DNA from: Balanoglossus misakiensis
Lineage: Eukaryota; Animalia; Hemichordata
Direction: 5' to 3'
Length of the DNA: 64,000 nucleotides
Assembly: GCA_040954595.2 (NCBI GenBank)
Contig: CM082584.2
Location: forward strand, 7,087,919 to 7,151,918
In this document: positions 27,801 through 42,800 of the stretch, piece after piece
Layout: every line of letters starts with the position of its first letter
Position numbering within the stretch: position 1 is the stretch's first letter
Program-made: the position numbers and the translations under genes
Notes under the pieces: model-generated
Told to the model about the DNA's origin: nothing
Databases searched by the model: none
What the model saw: only the letters and a program-made list of their open reading frames with translations

Positions 27801-30800
27801 GGCATACTTGGTAGATAGAGTAGGGTCTGCGGTACAATGGATAGGTAAGTTTCTAATATGATATCATTGCAAACTGATTGTCTGGGGGAGGGGCATTCTT
27901 TATACACTTCGAATTGGATGGTGGTGATACTACATATACATACACAACAGAAATTTATGAGGTAGATAGTGTTTTAGTTTATGCTCTATGATATTTCACT
28001 GTGTATGAAATATTTTTATTCGTAGCTGAATAGCAAGTCTTGTAATTAAGAAGCCATGAACTTCTTTGGTGGGATGACCAAACATCAATAGAACAAAGAG
28101 ATCATTCCTATTTCAAACTCAAAGGTGCTGATCCTGCAACGTTTATCATGTTCAATGTATGATGTCTTCCAAAATTCATCCATTGTGAACTCAAAATAAC
28201 TGCACTCAAAAATCGTTCAAGTTATGGTGAGTGCAATGATAACAAATAAACAACTGCACCAACTGTTTTTCTCTCAACGCGAAGTGTGCTTTAATCTCAT
28301 ATACTTTGTATTTACCAGGTTACTCTGATGTTGCTGAAAAGGGACAATGGTTGTGGGTTGACTGCTCGACGTCGGAAGAATGGCATGGTGACAACTGGAA
28401 AACTGGTGAACCTAGCGATGACGGCCGGTGTGTTGGACTGGATAACGGCGAATGGGATGCCCTTCTATGCACAGAGCTGAACCCATATGTGTGCGAAGTT
28501 ACAAGGAAACGTGAGTAACAGTAAATTTCTTAAGATGAAAATGTGACCTGTGTATTTATCTGAAATATGTGTGCTATTGATCGTGGAAACTTAGAGCATG
28601 TTAAGTGCCTGGATCTTGAGTTGTACTATCTAAAAATCATTCAAGTTTTGGTAATACTAACATCTGTTATGCGTGTATTTTTTTCACAGCTTTCAATGAC
28701 TCTGACACGAACGTACAGGCAGTGTACGGAGCAGCACTCTCCCCGTACAGCATTTCCGTTTCGTGGGTGATCCCAGAGTATTACTGCGACGCTGTTGGCT
28801 ACAAAGTCAAGTACCACCGACGAGACTTCGCTGGTGGAGTCAGGGTCATCAACATTGAAGGCGGGACGGTGGATTACACAGAGATTGACGGCCTGGAACC
28901 GGCAACTTTGTACTACATCTATGTTGCTGCTGTCACTTTCGAGGGACAGATGCCGTACATCCCAGGAGATCCTGTCACAACCTATGAAGGTACATTGTAT
29001 ATTTAATATGGAGTCATAGAAACTTGCCATTTAATTAACTTATTGTATTAAAGTTATGTGTTTATGTATTGGTTGAACAATTTGAGGTTGTAAAATAATG
29101 AATTACCCAAAGAATAGTCGGTGGTCGAACTTATGGAGTCATTATGTATATACAAATGTGTAGCTGGACATGATTACAGATATAGGGGTTTGATTGCAAG
29201 ACTATTGGCCAGGTGATTCTGCATATAATTATGCTTATATTTTGTTACATTCCTTAATACTTCGTTGTCTTATACACTAACAATGCCTGTTTGTAAGCCT
29301 TGTGTATGATACATGACATTGAATACAGAGAAAACTCGAAAAGTTTAAATAAATGTGCCACCTGATGTTATTTCATTTCAGTCGTGAAACCACCAGAGCC
29401 ACCAGTTGAACCAGGAAAACCATGTGGAGGCAACTACACTGCCAAGAATGGTACAGTGCTTCGTATCACTTCACCAAATTACCCTGACAACTATGATGAT
29501 CTTGAGGTAAGAAGATGAGGAGGGGAACACGTTCTTTAGCGAAATTGAAATACAAATTACAATGTACTACAGATAATTTTGAACAGCAGATTATAAATTT
29601 CCCAATTGTGCACTATCTAGACAGCTATTTTTTTCATTGTGATTCATTTTGTAGTAGCTCATAATGATATTTATCTTCATTTTGAACCAATCTTGGAAAT
29701 ATTTTGTGTACATTCCTTCCAGTACTGTGTGTGGACTGTCGATTTGACGTCCCCGGGAAGCAGCTTCCTTGTACACCTGCGCGATCTCAGCACGGAGCGA
29801 TGGTTCGATTGGCTGGACATCGGCGAAGGTGATGACATCGGCAACGAGGCAACCAGAGTGCACCATCTGTCTGGTCGAGTTCGTCCGTGGTTGTACTGGT
29901 CTTCGGAATCTGAGAAACTGTGGATAACCTTCTACACTGACAGTAGTGTCAGATACAGGGGATTTGTTTTGGAAATCGAAGAAATTTTAGCAGGTATGAA
30001 GAAATCAGCTGTTAAATTTTGGAAAGGGTTGGTTTAGAAATTGCTATGCACAGCAAAAATCATCTGGTTGATTGCTTTTAGTTGACTGCAAATGTTGGAT
30101 ATTTCTTAGCTACAGAGCTAAGTGGAGTATTGCACTTGTAATGTGTATGAACACTGTTTGTACCTTTTCATTGGAGGTTATATGTATTTTTTTGTTGTCT
30201 TTTTGGTTGCATTTTCCTCTTTTTTTTTCTTTGTATTTATTGTAAAGCGGATAGGATAATGGTTTTCGTTGACACTTCGCTATATATATAACTAATTCTA
30301 AATGTGTGTATCCATGTGTGATTTTTGGACACACATGCAAGAAATGAGAATAGAGTGTATGTAACTAAGGATCCTGTTTCTCTTCCTTCAGAAGAGTCTC
30401 CCACTCAGAAGGTGCCAGAAGAGCCAATACCCGAAGACCCCGTAACCAACTGCGGCGAGAACATCACAATCACAACCGGTGGCCAAGTCTACATCACGTC
30501 GCCGAATTACCCCGACGACTACACCAACAACCTGTATTGCGTGTGGCTGGTGGAGACTGAAAGCCAACTCAGGGTGAATGTGGAATTTCTGGACTTCGCG
30601 ACCGAGCCTTACATCGACTGGCTTGAGGTTGGAAACGGGTACGATGAAAGCGATCTGACGACCAGCGCTTTGAGAGTGTCTGGCAGTAACGTCCCGGATA
30701 ACCACGAATCCACCGGCTACAAGATATGGATCACGTTCACCTCTGACTCCTCAATTGTCTTCAGTGGATTCCGTCTTCTGCTGACGGAAATCCAGGAACG

Positions 30801-33800
30801 TAAGTGAACCTCTTCACATCCAGGAATGTTATACATTGTATGAATGATATGCACATCCTCAGCGCTGAGTTAAACCTTCAACAGTTGTACAATTAACTCA
30901 TTGATCATTTCACTTTACTAGGATATTGCAAAATGTAATGGGCAGTGTAGAACACAAAGTGCAAGTATAGCAACCACACTCATAATAGGATAAAAACAAG
31001 TCACAACATTTACTATTTGCATTTTATGAACGACTTGCTGTACAAGCACATTATAGCCAGAAACAAAATGAGAGCATGATAGAAAAATAGAAATACAAGT
31101 ATGTGTTGAAGTTTTCCAGATATACATAATGTATTTACATTTTCTCATTTGTTTTTAGCTGATGTATGCGGTGAGGATCACGAATTGGAAGCAGTCATTG
31201 GTTCGTCAGCTACCATCATGTCACCCAACTACCCAGCCCACTACAACAACAATGACCTCTGCAGATGGTCTGTCAGGATCGCCCCGTCATTGAGGAGTTC
31301 AACCAGTGGTTACTACCTTTACATCGTCATTGACAGCTTCGATACAGAGGCCAACTACGATTGGCTGGAGATTGGCTCTGGCAGCAGCGCCAGTGATGGC
31401 ACCTTGCTGTTCCGATTCACGGGCTCCGATGTGTCTGGCGTCTACGCGACCGACACCGATCTGCTGTGGGTACTGTGGACAAGTGATGACACCAACACAA
31501 GAGCGGGTTTCAACATTACTTTCTATTCAGGTAATACTTCATCACTGATTCCTCTGTGCTGTTTAATTGTGCATTACTGGCCTTTAGATTGAAAGAATTT
31601 TTGAACTAAAAGAATTACCTACGGTAAGGATGTGTTATTGGGTTTGGTTTCTGTAACTTTTTGTGTTCAACGGTCACAATATTTTACAAGGTTTGTATGC
31701 TCCAGAAAATTTCAACCAGAAAGTTCTTGATATTTGATGTGATACAACTATCATGACTTGTCAACTTCTCAGTGAAACATAAAGCACTATAGAATCACAC
31801 CTGGTAAATGGCACATTTGACCATAAAATGGAAAAGGACTGAAAAATGTTTTGGAACAAGTCATGGAATTTTGAAAGATTCTGTGCATACATATATGGAC
31901 CCTGATTTTAGTGAAAAGATTAAATTTTTCCTGGAAAGTCCTAGATAATTCAGTGGAATTTAAACAACTGTGAGAGTGATTCATTAATAACTTAAACACT
32001 CACACTTACCATATTATTAGATGCACCCCGATTTCACGGACATTGTAGCAATAAAAAACTTGCAACATTGGTAAAAAAACTGCGTTTACAAATATGACTT
32101 TAACGGTAATTCTTTGACACACAGGAGTACCATGTGGTGGCAGCCTGACCGGACCAAGTGGCAATATTTCATCCCCATTCTATCCCAGTGACTATCCTCA
32201 CGGTGCCAATTGTATATGGGACATTACTGTGGATGACCTGAAACTGATCAAGTTCACGTTCCACGTCTTTGACTTGGAGGATGGCTATGACTATCTGTAC
32301 ATTGGTGATAGTAATTCAGAGGATGATGCAGCCCTTGTGGTGAGTAAAAGCAATTTTGTTGATCTGGACCTGTGCTTTGTGAAACTGTCATGCTTTACCT
32401 GATTTTCTCTCTCCATATACCAGTATTCTTGTACATTAGTGTGACTTAATTGCTACTACGGAGCAGTAATTTGTACCTCAAATAATTTTTCTTTCTGGAA
32501 CTAACCAACAGGAGCTGACAGGTAATGAGCTACCAAAAGAACAGATTATTGATACCAATCGTGCCTGGGTACAATTTACTACCGATTTGACACTGAGTAA
32601 CCAAGGCTTCTACTTGACTTATGAAGAGTATGATGATGGTAAGAGCAACATCTTTGAATATTTCAAAAGTGCTAGTTACTATACTCAGCTATGAAAAACT
32701 ATGAATGGTAAATGATGAAAGAGACAACATGGTACAAATTCTTGTATACTATATGCATGCCTCAGTTTAAGACTCAATATAAGGCTATCTTACATCTGTT
32801 GAAGTAAGATATTTAAAGTATATTGAGTGGTTCTGAAAAGGATGCTGTTATCCTTGGTAACTCTTAGGACTACAAAACACCATTATTAGTATTCCCCTTT
32901 TCCATGTTCCTTAACGTGTGTACTTTTATACTCTCTCTCATATTGTAGAGTTGTTGATCGCCAAGCCATGTGGAGGTGATTTCTACACCAAACCCGATTC
33001 CAGACTGGTCATCCAGTCGCCCAACTACCCGTCAGACTACAACGACAACGAACGCTGCGTGTGGAACGTCACGGCATCCTCACCGGAAACTCAACTGTGG
33101 GTGCGCTTCAGGGACTTTGTCACGGAGCCAGGCTATGACTGGGTGGACGTAGGCAACGGGCTGGATGAGACCGATCTGACGACGCGCGAGAGACACCACT
33201 CTGGTTTCCTGAGACCGATATCGTGGCTGTCGTCTGGAAGCGAGATGTGGATCACTTTCGACACAGATGACTCGATCACATTCAGTGGTTTCTATATTTA
33301 TATTGAAGAAAGAAATGACAGTAAGTTGGTTCCTTAAATTGGTAATACACGTTTAAATATAGAGCTTAGTATATACATATAAGATACTCGTACTTGTACA
33401 TTGTACATAATGCATAATGCACTAGTATGTACTGTATGTACGTATGTATCTACGTACGTACATAGTTACATGCATACATTAACATCACCCAGACATTGTC
33501 ATTTTGCACTTAAAGTAAAGTGTAAGTATTGTTTATGAAACTCTTTGATAATTGTAACGCACATGTGGTATTTGTTCATATTCTACCACTCACTAAATGC
33601 ATGGTATTGCTTTCAACAGCTGATCCAACTACACCCAGACCACCATTAGAAACAACCCCTGAACCTCCATTACTCACAACTACGGCTGTCTCCATAACAT
33701 CACCAGTCCCCACTCCATATTGCGGAGAACACATCGATGTACCATCTGATGGTATCATAGAAGTGACGTCACCAAACTATGATGATGATTATGACAATGA

Positions 33801-36800
33801 TCTGCTTTGTGAGTGGACCATCAGTGCCACACCAGGCAGACGAATAAGATTCCATGTGGTTGACTTCAAGACAGAGAAAAGGTGAGCAGTTAGATACCCT
33901 TGCAACTTTTCCATGAAATGAGTTGAAATGCTGTTGGAGCTGTTCTGTTAATGTTGGAGTTGACTTGCTTTGTAAGAATCAGGTTTTGGACGATACCAAT
34001 TTTAGTTTGATTTTCCTGTATTTTTTTTATTCAAAATGACTCATGTTTTGCTAAACTTTATTGTTCAATGTCGACATGGATTCATTAAAAAACTTAAAAA
34101 GGTAATACAACCATATATATATATATACGTGCATGCAAATTCCTGACATGTCTTGAGGTAACATATGTCTAATTGTCTTGTCCAGATATGACTATCTTGA
34201 TGTTGGAGACGGACACGATATAGAGAATGAAGTCTCTCTAGTTGACAGACTGACTGGCAATGAGAAAGAACAGAGCTATGTCTCAGCTACGGATAAACTC
34301 TGGATGAGATTCATCACTGACCACAGGAAGACATACAGAGGATTCAAAATTCATCTCAGTGAAGAAAACGGTGAGTGTACGTCACTCAGGAGTGTGTGTG
34401 AAACGGAATTTCAGGTTCTGTAAAACTAGATGTAAAATGGAGCCTGTATTTCCATAAAATTGAACATGTATGAAAGTGATGTGCGGAATACCACAGACTT
34501 AATCTGTTCTGATGTGATTCTGTAGAAATCACACATTTATGATGCACATTGATACCAGAAATTGTGATATTATTATTCACCTTCATCAGGCACATTGTAT
34601 ACGACATCTTTCCTTGTTCACAGACTGTATAAACCAAAGTGTACTCGTCCCGACTGGCGGCAGCGCTGTGATCACTTCACCAAACTATCCGGAAAAATAT
34701 GAAGACAGCACTTTCTGCGATTGGATCATAAGAACTGAGTCAGGAGGAAATGTGCGAGTTGAAACACAGCATTTTAAGACAGGTAAAGCAGGAATTTGTA
34801 CATCTACAAACGTTCTAATAAAAACAACTTGTGTTTTTGTCTGATCTCCCTTCCAAAAATCTCTCTATGCATATTTACCCTTTTATTTGCTTTGTCTACA
34901 CAGAGAAGAACTATGATTGGGTTGACATTGGCACTGGTGATAATTCCATGATCCTAACAACGCGTATTGTACACGAGTCTGGCAACCTGAAAACACCTCA
35001 TGAATTCTACACACCATCTGATGTCATCTGGTTAACATTTATGACAGACCATGACAAGACTTACGAAGGATTTCAAATGACTTTCTATGATGGTAAGTGT
35101 ACATAGTGAACAATATCTGTATAAATGCATTCAAAACTGCTTTAGATTGAAAGTCAGATAAGTCACTCTGTCTGTATATAAATACTGTACATTTCAACTG
35201 GTTAATCAAAATGTATTGCAAGCAAAAAATAATTTGTGAAAATGGATTTTGTAATTTGGTAAATTTGCAATGAAACTTCCAACTGGGCTTTTACAATGGT
35301 AAAAGCTTTCAGATGTGAAATGTGCCTATACATGTATGTAATGTGTCAAACTATGATGATAAGAACAATAGACTATGATTTTATTAATACAGATAGGTGC
35401 TGGCTTGTGTCAGATATATGTTGATACATTTATGGAATAATGTATTGTTATTTTGTTGTTTTTTGTCAGATGCCTGTGTTACGAAGAACCTGACTACCAC
35501 ATCAGGAATGATCCTCTCACCAAACTATCCCAGTGACTATCCTCACAATCTGGACTGTGTCTGGTTCATACATTTACCTGAAGGAAGACACATCCATCTG
35601 AAGTTCATAGACTTCTACGTGGAAAAGAATTACGACAAGCTGCTGATTGGAGAAGGGTCTGATCCAAACTCGGGTGATTACGTGGTGAGTTTTAAACATA
35701 GAATTGGGAATGGATCGCTTTGCACAGTTAAAACAGATATCCAAATCTCTATTGTAAGGAATCCAAGATAGCTGTATGCTATCAAGATATCAAGCGTGTG
35801 ACACATCACATGAACTGACAAAAAACAATCCTTTATTTTGAGAGACTATTAATGAATGAAATCATAAGCACTATAAAACAAGAACTGGCTGCTATAATTG
35901 CACAGATAAATGTTTAAGTCACATCATTCTGCAATATTTGGTGTTTTTAGATATAATTGTATTAATTGTATATTGAATTTGTATAAACTTGTTTGTGATG
36001 TGTCTCACAAAACTTGTTTTGCAGGAATTTACTGACAGACATGATGGAGAGGATTACACCAGTGAGAGTAGCAAAGTTTGGCTCAGATTCCAGACAGACT
36101 GGAGCAAAACAAAACGGGGATTCAACATCACCTATGACTCATATGATTGTAAGTCAATTATTCAGGCATCTGTCAGTATCCATGTAATAGTGGTTCTTTA
36201 ACTTAAACCATGATTCTTGCCAACTGTGGCAGATAAGTGTACTGTGATACCCACCAGAAATAACTTTGCAGGTTGATGGTTAGAGGGATGGTCTTTTGGT
36301 GAAAAGGCCTTCAGTAGCATATAAAACAGAGAATTGCACTAGATAATTCTGGAATTTCCTCTGGGTGGTTCTGGAACTACATGTACCTCCAGTAAATCGT
36401 GAATTACTGCAAATTCAATGGGCTATCACAAGATGGTGTTGTGCTGCCAGATGGTACATGTATGTGTCCCAGTATTTAACACACATACCATCAGACTGTG
36501 ATATTTATATAGACTTCATACACCAACTTGAATATAACAAATTGTAGTCACACAATTATTATTAAAACAGACCGAGCCTTACGTGGCAACGCGCCTCATG
36601 GTAATTCATCAACATGATACATCTAAACTATTTGTGTTACAGGTCCAGAAGGGTACACTGTCGGTTACAGGTATGGTTGCTACAAGTTTGTCGAGGATCC
36701 AGGCGACTGGGAAGATGCGAGAGAGAACTGCGAATCCACACAAAATAGTGATTTGGCCATCATTGACAGTCAAGATGAGTTAGACTTTGTCATGGATAAC

Positions 36801-39800
36801 ATGCAAGCGTCAGAGTTCTGGGTCGGTAAGTTAGACTGAAGTGTTCATGGAATTCTTGTCTCTTTCAAAGATAGATTTAAGGTTTCCACTTTAATGGCAA
36901 AGTTAAAGAACATAAAGTGTTCAACAGGCATAGATCAAAGAGTGCATTGATTGTTCAGTCCACACATCATTTCATTATTTAGCTATTACTTGTCCACAAT
37001 TTTTATGTGATGATCATTTCAAAATTTCTCCTTGCTTATAGGCTTGGAGCAGTTGGTGCACTGGTTTGTTCACATTTTCGTTTTTTGGCCGATATGAAAT
37101 TATATACCCATAGATTCTGCCCTCCCTGAAATGTCTGACATTATCCTTTTGTAACACCATCTAGGTTACTATGACAGAGCTGTGGAGGGTAGCTGGATGT
37201 GGGTGGACTGTTCTCCATCGTCGCAATGGCATGATGACAACTGGGCAGATGACCAGCCAAGTGCTGGTCCGTACGAAGACTGTTCCATTGTTGCTCAGGA
37301 TGGCAAATGGAATGACAAGGATTGCAGGGTCGCCTACCCATATGTCTGTGAGGTCAATCCTAAACGTAAGTCAAAATTATGATGTATGACAAGAATGTAT
37401 ACAGTGTAGTGTGGTATCAGTACTCTTCCATTTGTAAGAATACTCAAGAAATGTAAGTCAACAGTGCAATATTCAACTGCAAATTTTTCTTTGCTGCAAC
37501 AGCATGTCTAGTAATATGTTATACACTTAACCGCCACACGTGTTATCTTTTTCAGCTTTCGATGACAACGACAAGAACGTTCAGGAAGTAGACGGTGAAG
37601 CACTGTCCACCTCCGAAATCCAAGTGACGTGGGTGATCTCAGATTACCACTGCGACGTTCTTGGATACTATGTCAAGTATCACCGCACAGACTGGGTTGG
37701 CGGAGCGTTTGTGATCGATGTACCGGGTGGTGACAGTGATGAGGCACTGTTGGAAGGTCTGGACTCATCAACGTGGTATTCCATTTATGTTGCTGCTTAC
37801 ACGTACAAAGGAAGGTTGGAGTATGTTCCGGCTGATCCTGTCCAGACTCATGAAGGTAAAGAAACAGCCACTTGTTTGTTTGTTTGTTTGTTTGTTTTGA
37901 ATCAATACTATTACCAAGTTCACAAAATCAGTCCCACAAAGGACTCCCTTAGTTAACAGTTTTGAACATCAGAAACTACAAGCATCAATAACTGTTCATT
38001 TCAAACTGCAAATTGTCACTTGAAGCCATTATAGCGTTAGGAACATCTAAAAAATGTGCCAATTCTTTGATGAATTACATGCAACGATGCATTGGCATTT
38101 CAGTTGTGAAACCACCCGAGCCACCACCAGAATCTGGCAAACACTGTGGTGGAACTTACACTGTGAAGAATGAATCTGTCATACAGATTGCATCGCCTAA
38201 CTACCCTGAGGATTATGACGACAATGAGGTGAGGTGTACATGAAAATTCTAGCAATAAATGTTGATTCATTTGATCTTTATACTATTGAATGTGAACTAG
38301 GTGCAGCTATAGAGAGAAACATCTGTACATTTTCAGAATGTTTTTATTTTTCACCCATCTTCATTTTAATTTGAAAAAGAAAGAAAAGTACACAACATGT
38401 ATAATCTACATATTGATAAAAACAGAAGGATGATATAATTAGTAAGTATACGTGGACAGTATTGAAATAGATCATATCTTCAAATGCATTCAATTTATGC
38501 TACAATCATTATTTTACACTTCTACTTTGCAGTTATGTGAATGGTTCATAGACACCACTGAGGGCAACACCCTCCTTGTCCATCTGAGGGATCTGCAGAC
38601 TGAATTCCTGTTCGATTGGGTGGACATCGGTGAAGGAGAAGATAACAGCGACGTGGACAGTCGAGTGCATCACATCTCTGGTTCATTACGACCATGGAGG
38701 TACTGGCAGTCAGATTCCCACCAGCTGTGGGTGTCATTCACCAGTGATGGTAGTCTGAACAGAAGGGGATTCCTGCTTGATATAGAGGTTGTGTTTGAAG
38801 GTAAGGGTAACAGAATGATATATACAGAGTGATGTACTGACAAATATGCAGACATGACCTAAACAAAAATGGCAACATGCACATATACCAGTAGCTGTAC
38901 TTTGCTTAATAACAAAAAAGAGTGACAGTCAATATTAGCATGTCCTATAATGTTTTATTTAACTTTTTAATAATTTGTTCATTCATGTAAGTTAATTAAT
39001 ATTCATTTTCTATTCTTAATAAAACAACAGAGGTGCCAACAGAAAAACCTGAACCGACAGAACCACCAGTGATAGAACCGGGCTGTGTCCAGAACATCAC
39101 CATCCCACGGGGTGGCTCGGAGAACGTCTACTCGCCAAACTATCCCAGCGATTACGGCAACGACTTAGAATGCCTGTGGCGGGTTGACACGGAGAGTGGT
39201 TGGAGAATCAATGTCACTTTCGTGGACTTTGAAACCGAGTACTGCCATGACTGGCTGGAGGTCGGCGACAGTCACAACTACGAGGATCTGACGACCAGCA
39301 TCCTGCGAATCTCGGGCTCCAGGAATGACCAGGAACCTGTGTACTCGGTCGACGGCAAGATATGGATCACGTTTACTTCAGACTATTCTGTCACTTACAG
39401 AGGATTCCATCTGCTACTGACAGAGATTGATGAAAGTGGTATGTACTATGCACTTAGTAACCAGCAAAGTCAATCTTCTGATTTCAGGCACCATTGGTAT
39501 AAAAGTGAACTTTTTAAATTGTCATTTCGTTACCACCCGTACAATCGAGTGTGATATAGAGAAGGACAATCATTGTTGTCATTATTAATCATCATTTATT
39601 GCATTTTTATTACCAAAATAATAGTCCAGTGTGTACGTGACTCAAACTGTATCTTGTACCTAAAATGTCTTGTTGTTAGTTACATGTATGCTTACAATGT
39701 AGCTCTGTAATGTGTTGGTTGTTAACCAAAGCATATTCAATTCACAGAACCAACATGTGGTGACCAATTAGTAATCCCCAGTGATGACTACAGAGTAATA

Positions 39801-42800
39801 ATGTCACCAAACTATCCGGACCACTACAACAACCTCGACGTCTGCAAGTGGACAGCGACCACAGAAGATGATGCCCAGGAGATCTTGCTGGTCATCGATC
39901 ACTTTGAAACGGAAACCAACTATGATTGGCTGGAAGTAGGCAGTGGACTCTCTGGGTCGTTCAGCCCATCGATGCTGTTCAGATTGTCTGGCACGGAGAT
40001 CTCTGGGTCGTACATGACTCCACAGAACGACGCATGGTTCCTCTGGACGAGCGACGTCACTCGCACTTTCCAGGGATTCTCCATCAATGTACATGCAGGT
40101 ATGATATCGATTTCCAAGTTAGTGAGACAAGGATTCTGCAAAATCAGAATGGTTTGATCAATTAAGAGTGGTAGATATGGTAATATTGTTTCCAAACATG
40201 ACACGTCTGTCACTCAAATGATGAGTGACAGCATTCCTGGATTTGACTTGCAACAGTGATTTGGTAGTTCAGCCAAATTTCACTTGAATTTGTCATTTGG
40301 GGTCAGTTATGATGGGTGTAGCATGCTAGCAGGGTATGCTTACCCATTCCGGACACCTGGTACTACCACTTGGCAGTGGTTCAAGACGTCCCTGTTGAAA
40401 TGTCACTTTTTCTCATTTCCTTCTTGGACCTGGTAATAAGCTTACTTCGAATGATATTAACCAGTGAGTATATGATTGATAAATATTTCAGTTGATGCCT
40501 GTGGTGGCTCCCTCTCCGGAACGCCTGAACCCATCACCTCTCCGTACCATCCAAATCCGTATCCTCACAACAGTGACTGTGCATGGACCATCACAGTGGA
40601 CGCTTCCAAGACAATCAAGATTTCATTCACTGAATTCAGCATGGAGGATAACTATGACTTCCTTCACATCGGCCAAGGTCATACTGTGGGGGCAGAAACT
40701 GTAGCAGTTAGTATATAACTCACTGTCACTGGCTACTTTGATACTCAGAATGTCTGTGAAAATTCCATCTTGCAACATCCCCTTCCCACAAGGTCCCTGC
40801 AGACTTAATGCCTGATGACACTTTTTTTTTCTTTTTTTTCAGGAAATGACCGGGAATGAATTGCCGAAGGAAATGATTGTTGACAGTCACATGGCCTGGG
40901 TGCGATTCACTTCAGACTTGTCAACTGATGGAAGTGGATTCGTGTTGCACTATGAAGAATACAGTGAAGGTGGGCATTTTGTTTTGAGTACCAATGATGT
41001 TATTGCAAGATAGTTTGTGTAATAATAAGGCACATTACATTTGCTGTAGAGAAAATACTAGAAGGTCACCACTGATACTGCCTACTATTTATACTTATAC
41101 TGTAAAACAGGAAATTTTTGTGAACGATAAATTTTCCCAAACTTTGTGAGAGCCAAAAAAAACGAGAAAATAAAGAGTCACGTAAAAATGTTTTTCGAAG
41201 ATATCGATTAGTGAAATAAAAAATAATCGTCGTGTAACAGTTGTCTCTTATGATATCGCGAAAAATTTCCCGGTTTACAGTATACAGGTGTATTTCACCA
41301 CAAGACCAAGAGTGTTTAGTACCTAGCACAATGTTTTTTTTCACAGAACTGCTGCCAGCCAAGCCTTGCGGTGGCAACCACCATGTCAAGTACGATTCCA
41401 CCCTGTACATCCAGTCGCCTAACTACCCTAGAATCTACTACAACAACGCTCGCTGCGAATGGAACTTCACCACAGACGCCGGAATGCTCATCTATGCCTA
41501 CTTCAGGGATTTCGTATCAGAGGAAGGCTTTGATTGGCTGGATTTGGGCAACGGGTTGGACAACGTGGATCGCTCTACCAGATTGGTCCATCACTCGGGT
41601 GAAGGGACGCCGTCTGCGCAGCTATCAACCGGACAGCATATGTGGATGACCTTTGACACAGACGACACTGTTGTGCGTCGTGGTTTCCTGGTTATGTTTA
41701 CAGCTGTCAATGAGAGTGAGTAGATTAGTAAATAAGCTGAGTTTGTGATCAATAAATAAGATTCTTTGCTAGATACTGTCTTATGGTTTTGTACATACAT
41801 CAGTCTAATTTTCACCAACAAAACTTCAAATTCGTAAAACTGAAAAAAAAATTTGATTAAACTTTGTACCAAGCTAGTGGCAAGGGGTGGTCACCTGCTT
41901 TAAGAGGAAACCTACACTTTACAGTATTGCAAATTTGACGAGAGCAAAATCAGTTTTTGCAATTCACAAATTACAATAATCATCATAAAATGAAAACACA
42001 GCAGTAAAAAACTCCATCAATAACTTCTGTGTTAACATTGCCATCTTCAGCTGAATCAAGTACTCCCAAACCAGAAGAGCCAGTGGGTACGACACCAGCA
42101 CCAGTTGAATGTGGTGGTCATGTTCTGATTCCATCTGATGGCACGGTCAACATCACATCGCCTTTCTACCCGGACAACTACACGCCTGATTTGCTGTGTC
42201 AGTGGACTGCCAATACAACCTCTGGCAGGAGAATCAGGGTCATCTATCATGACTTTGACACTGAGAGAAGGTAATAATAATATATACACAACATTACAGA
42301 AATATACTTCAAAATTTAATCTTGAAAATAAAAAGTATGTCTACATATATTACATGCAAATAAGAAAATACTAATTTTCAAGTTTCCATTTTCTTTCCAT
42401 CTCTATCAAAACTCTTTTTGTAGATTGATTTCTCAATCTTTTTTGAACAACAATTATTTTGATCACATTTGTAGATTCGATTTCCTGGAAATTGGCGATG
42501 GTCTAGACATGACTGACAGAGACACGCGTCACAAGAAACACTCTGGGCACAGACTACCTCATCCATTCACAACACAGACCAGTGAAATATGGCTGCAGTT
42601 CGTAACTGACTCTAGCATCTCGTATAGAGGTTTCCACATCACCTTGCAAGAGGAAGTTGGTAGGTGTTATATTTTAGGTGGATTACTTTCACTATCACTG
42701 ACACGTTTAAATTTTAACATGATTTGCCTAAATTGCATGTAGGGAAATTCCAATATGGCAGTATTTAAGTTATGGACCGAAAGCACCAGTTTGATTTTTA

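Noticed and set aside
32007-32108. Possible degraded TACC...CGGTA MITE
   Set aside because: The inverted ends are too short and degenerate, and there is no second copy in the window.
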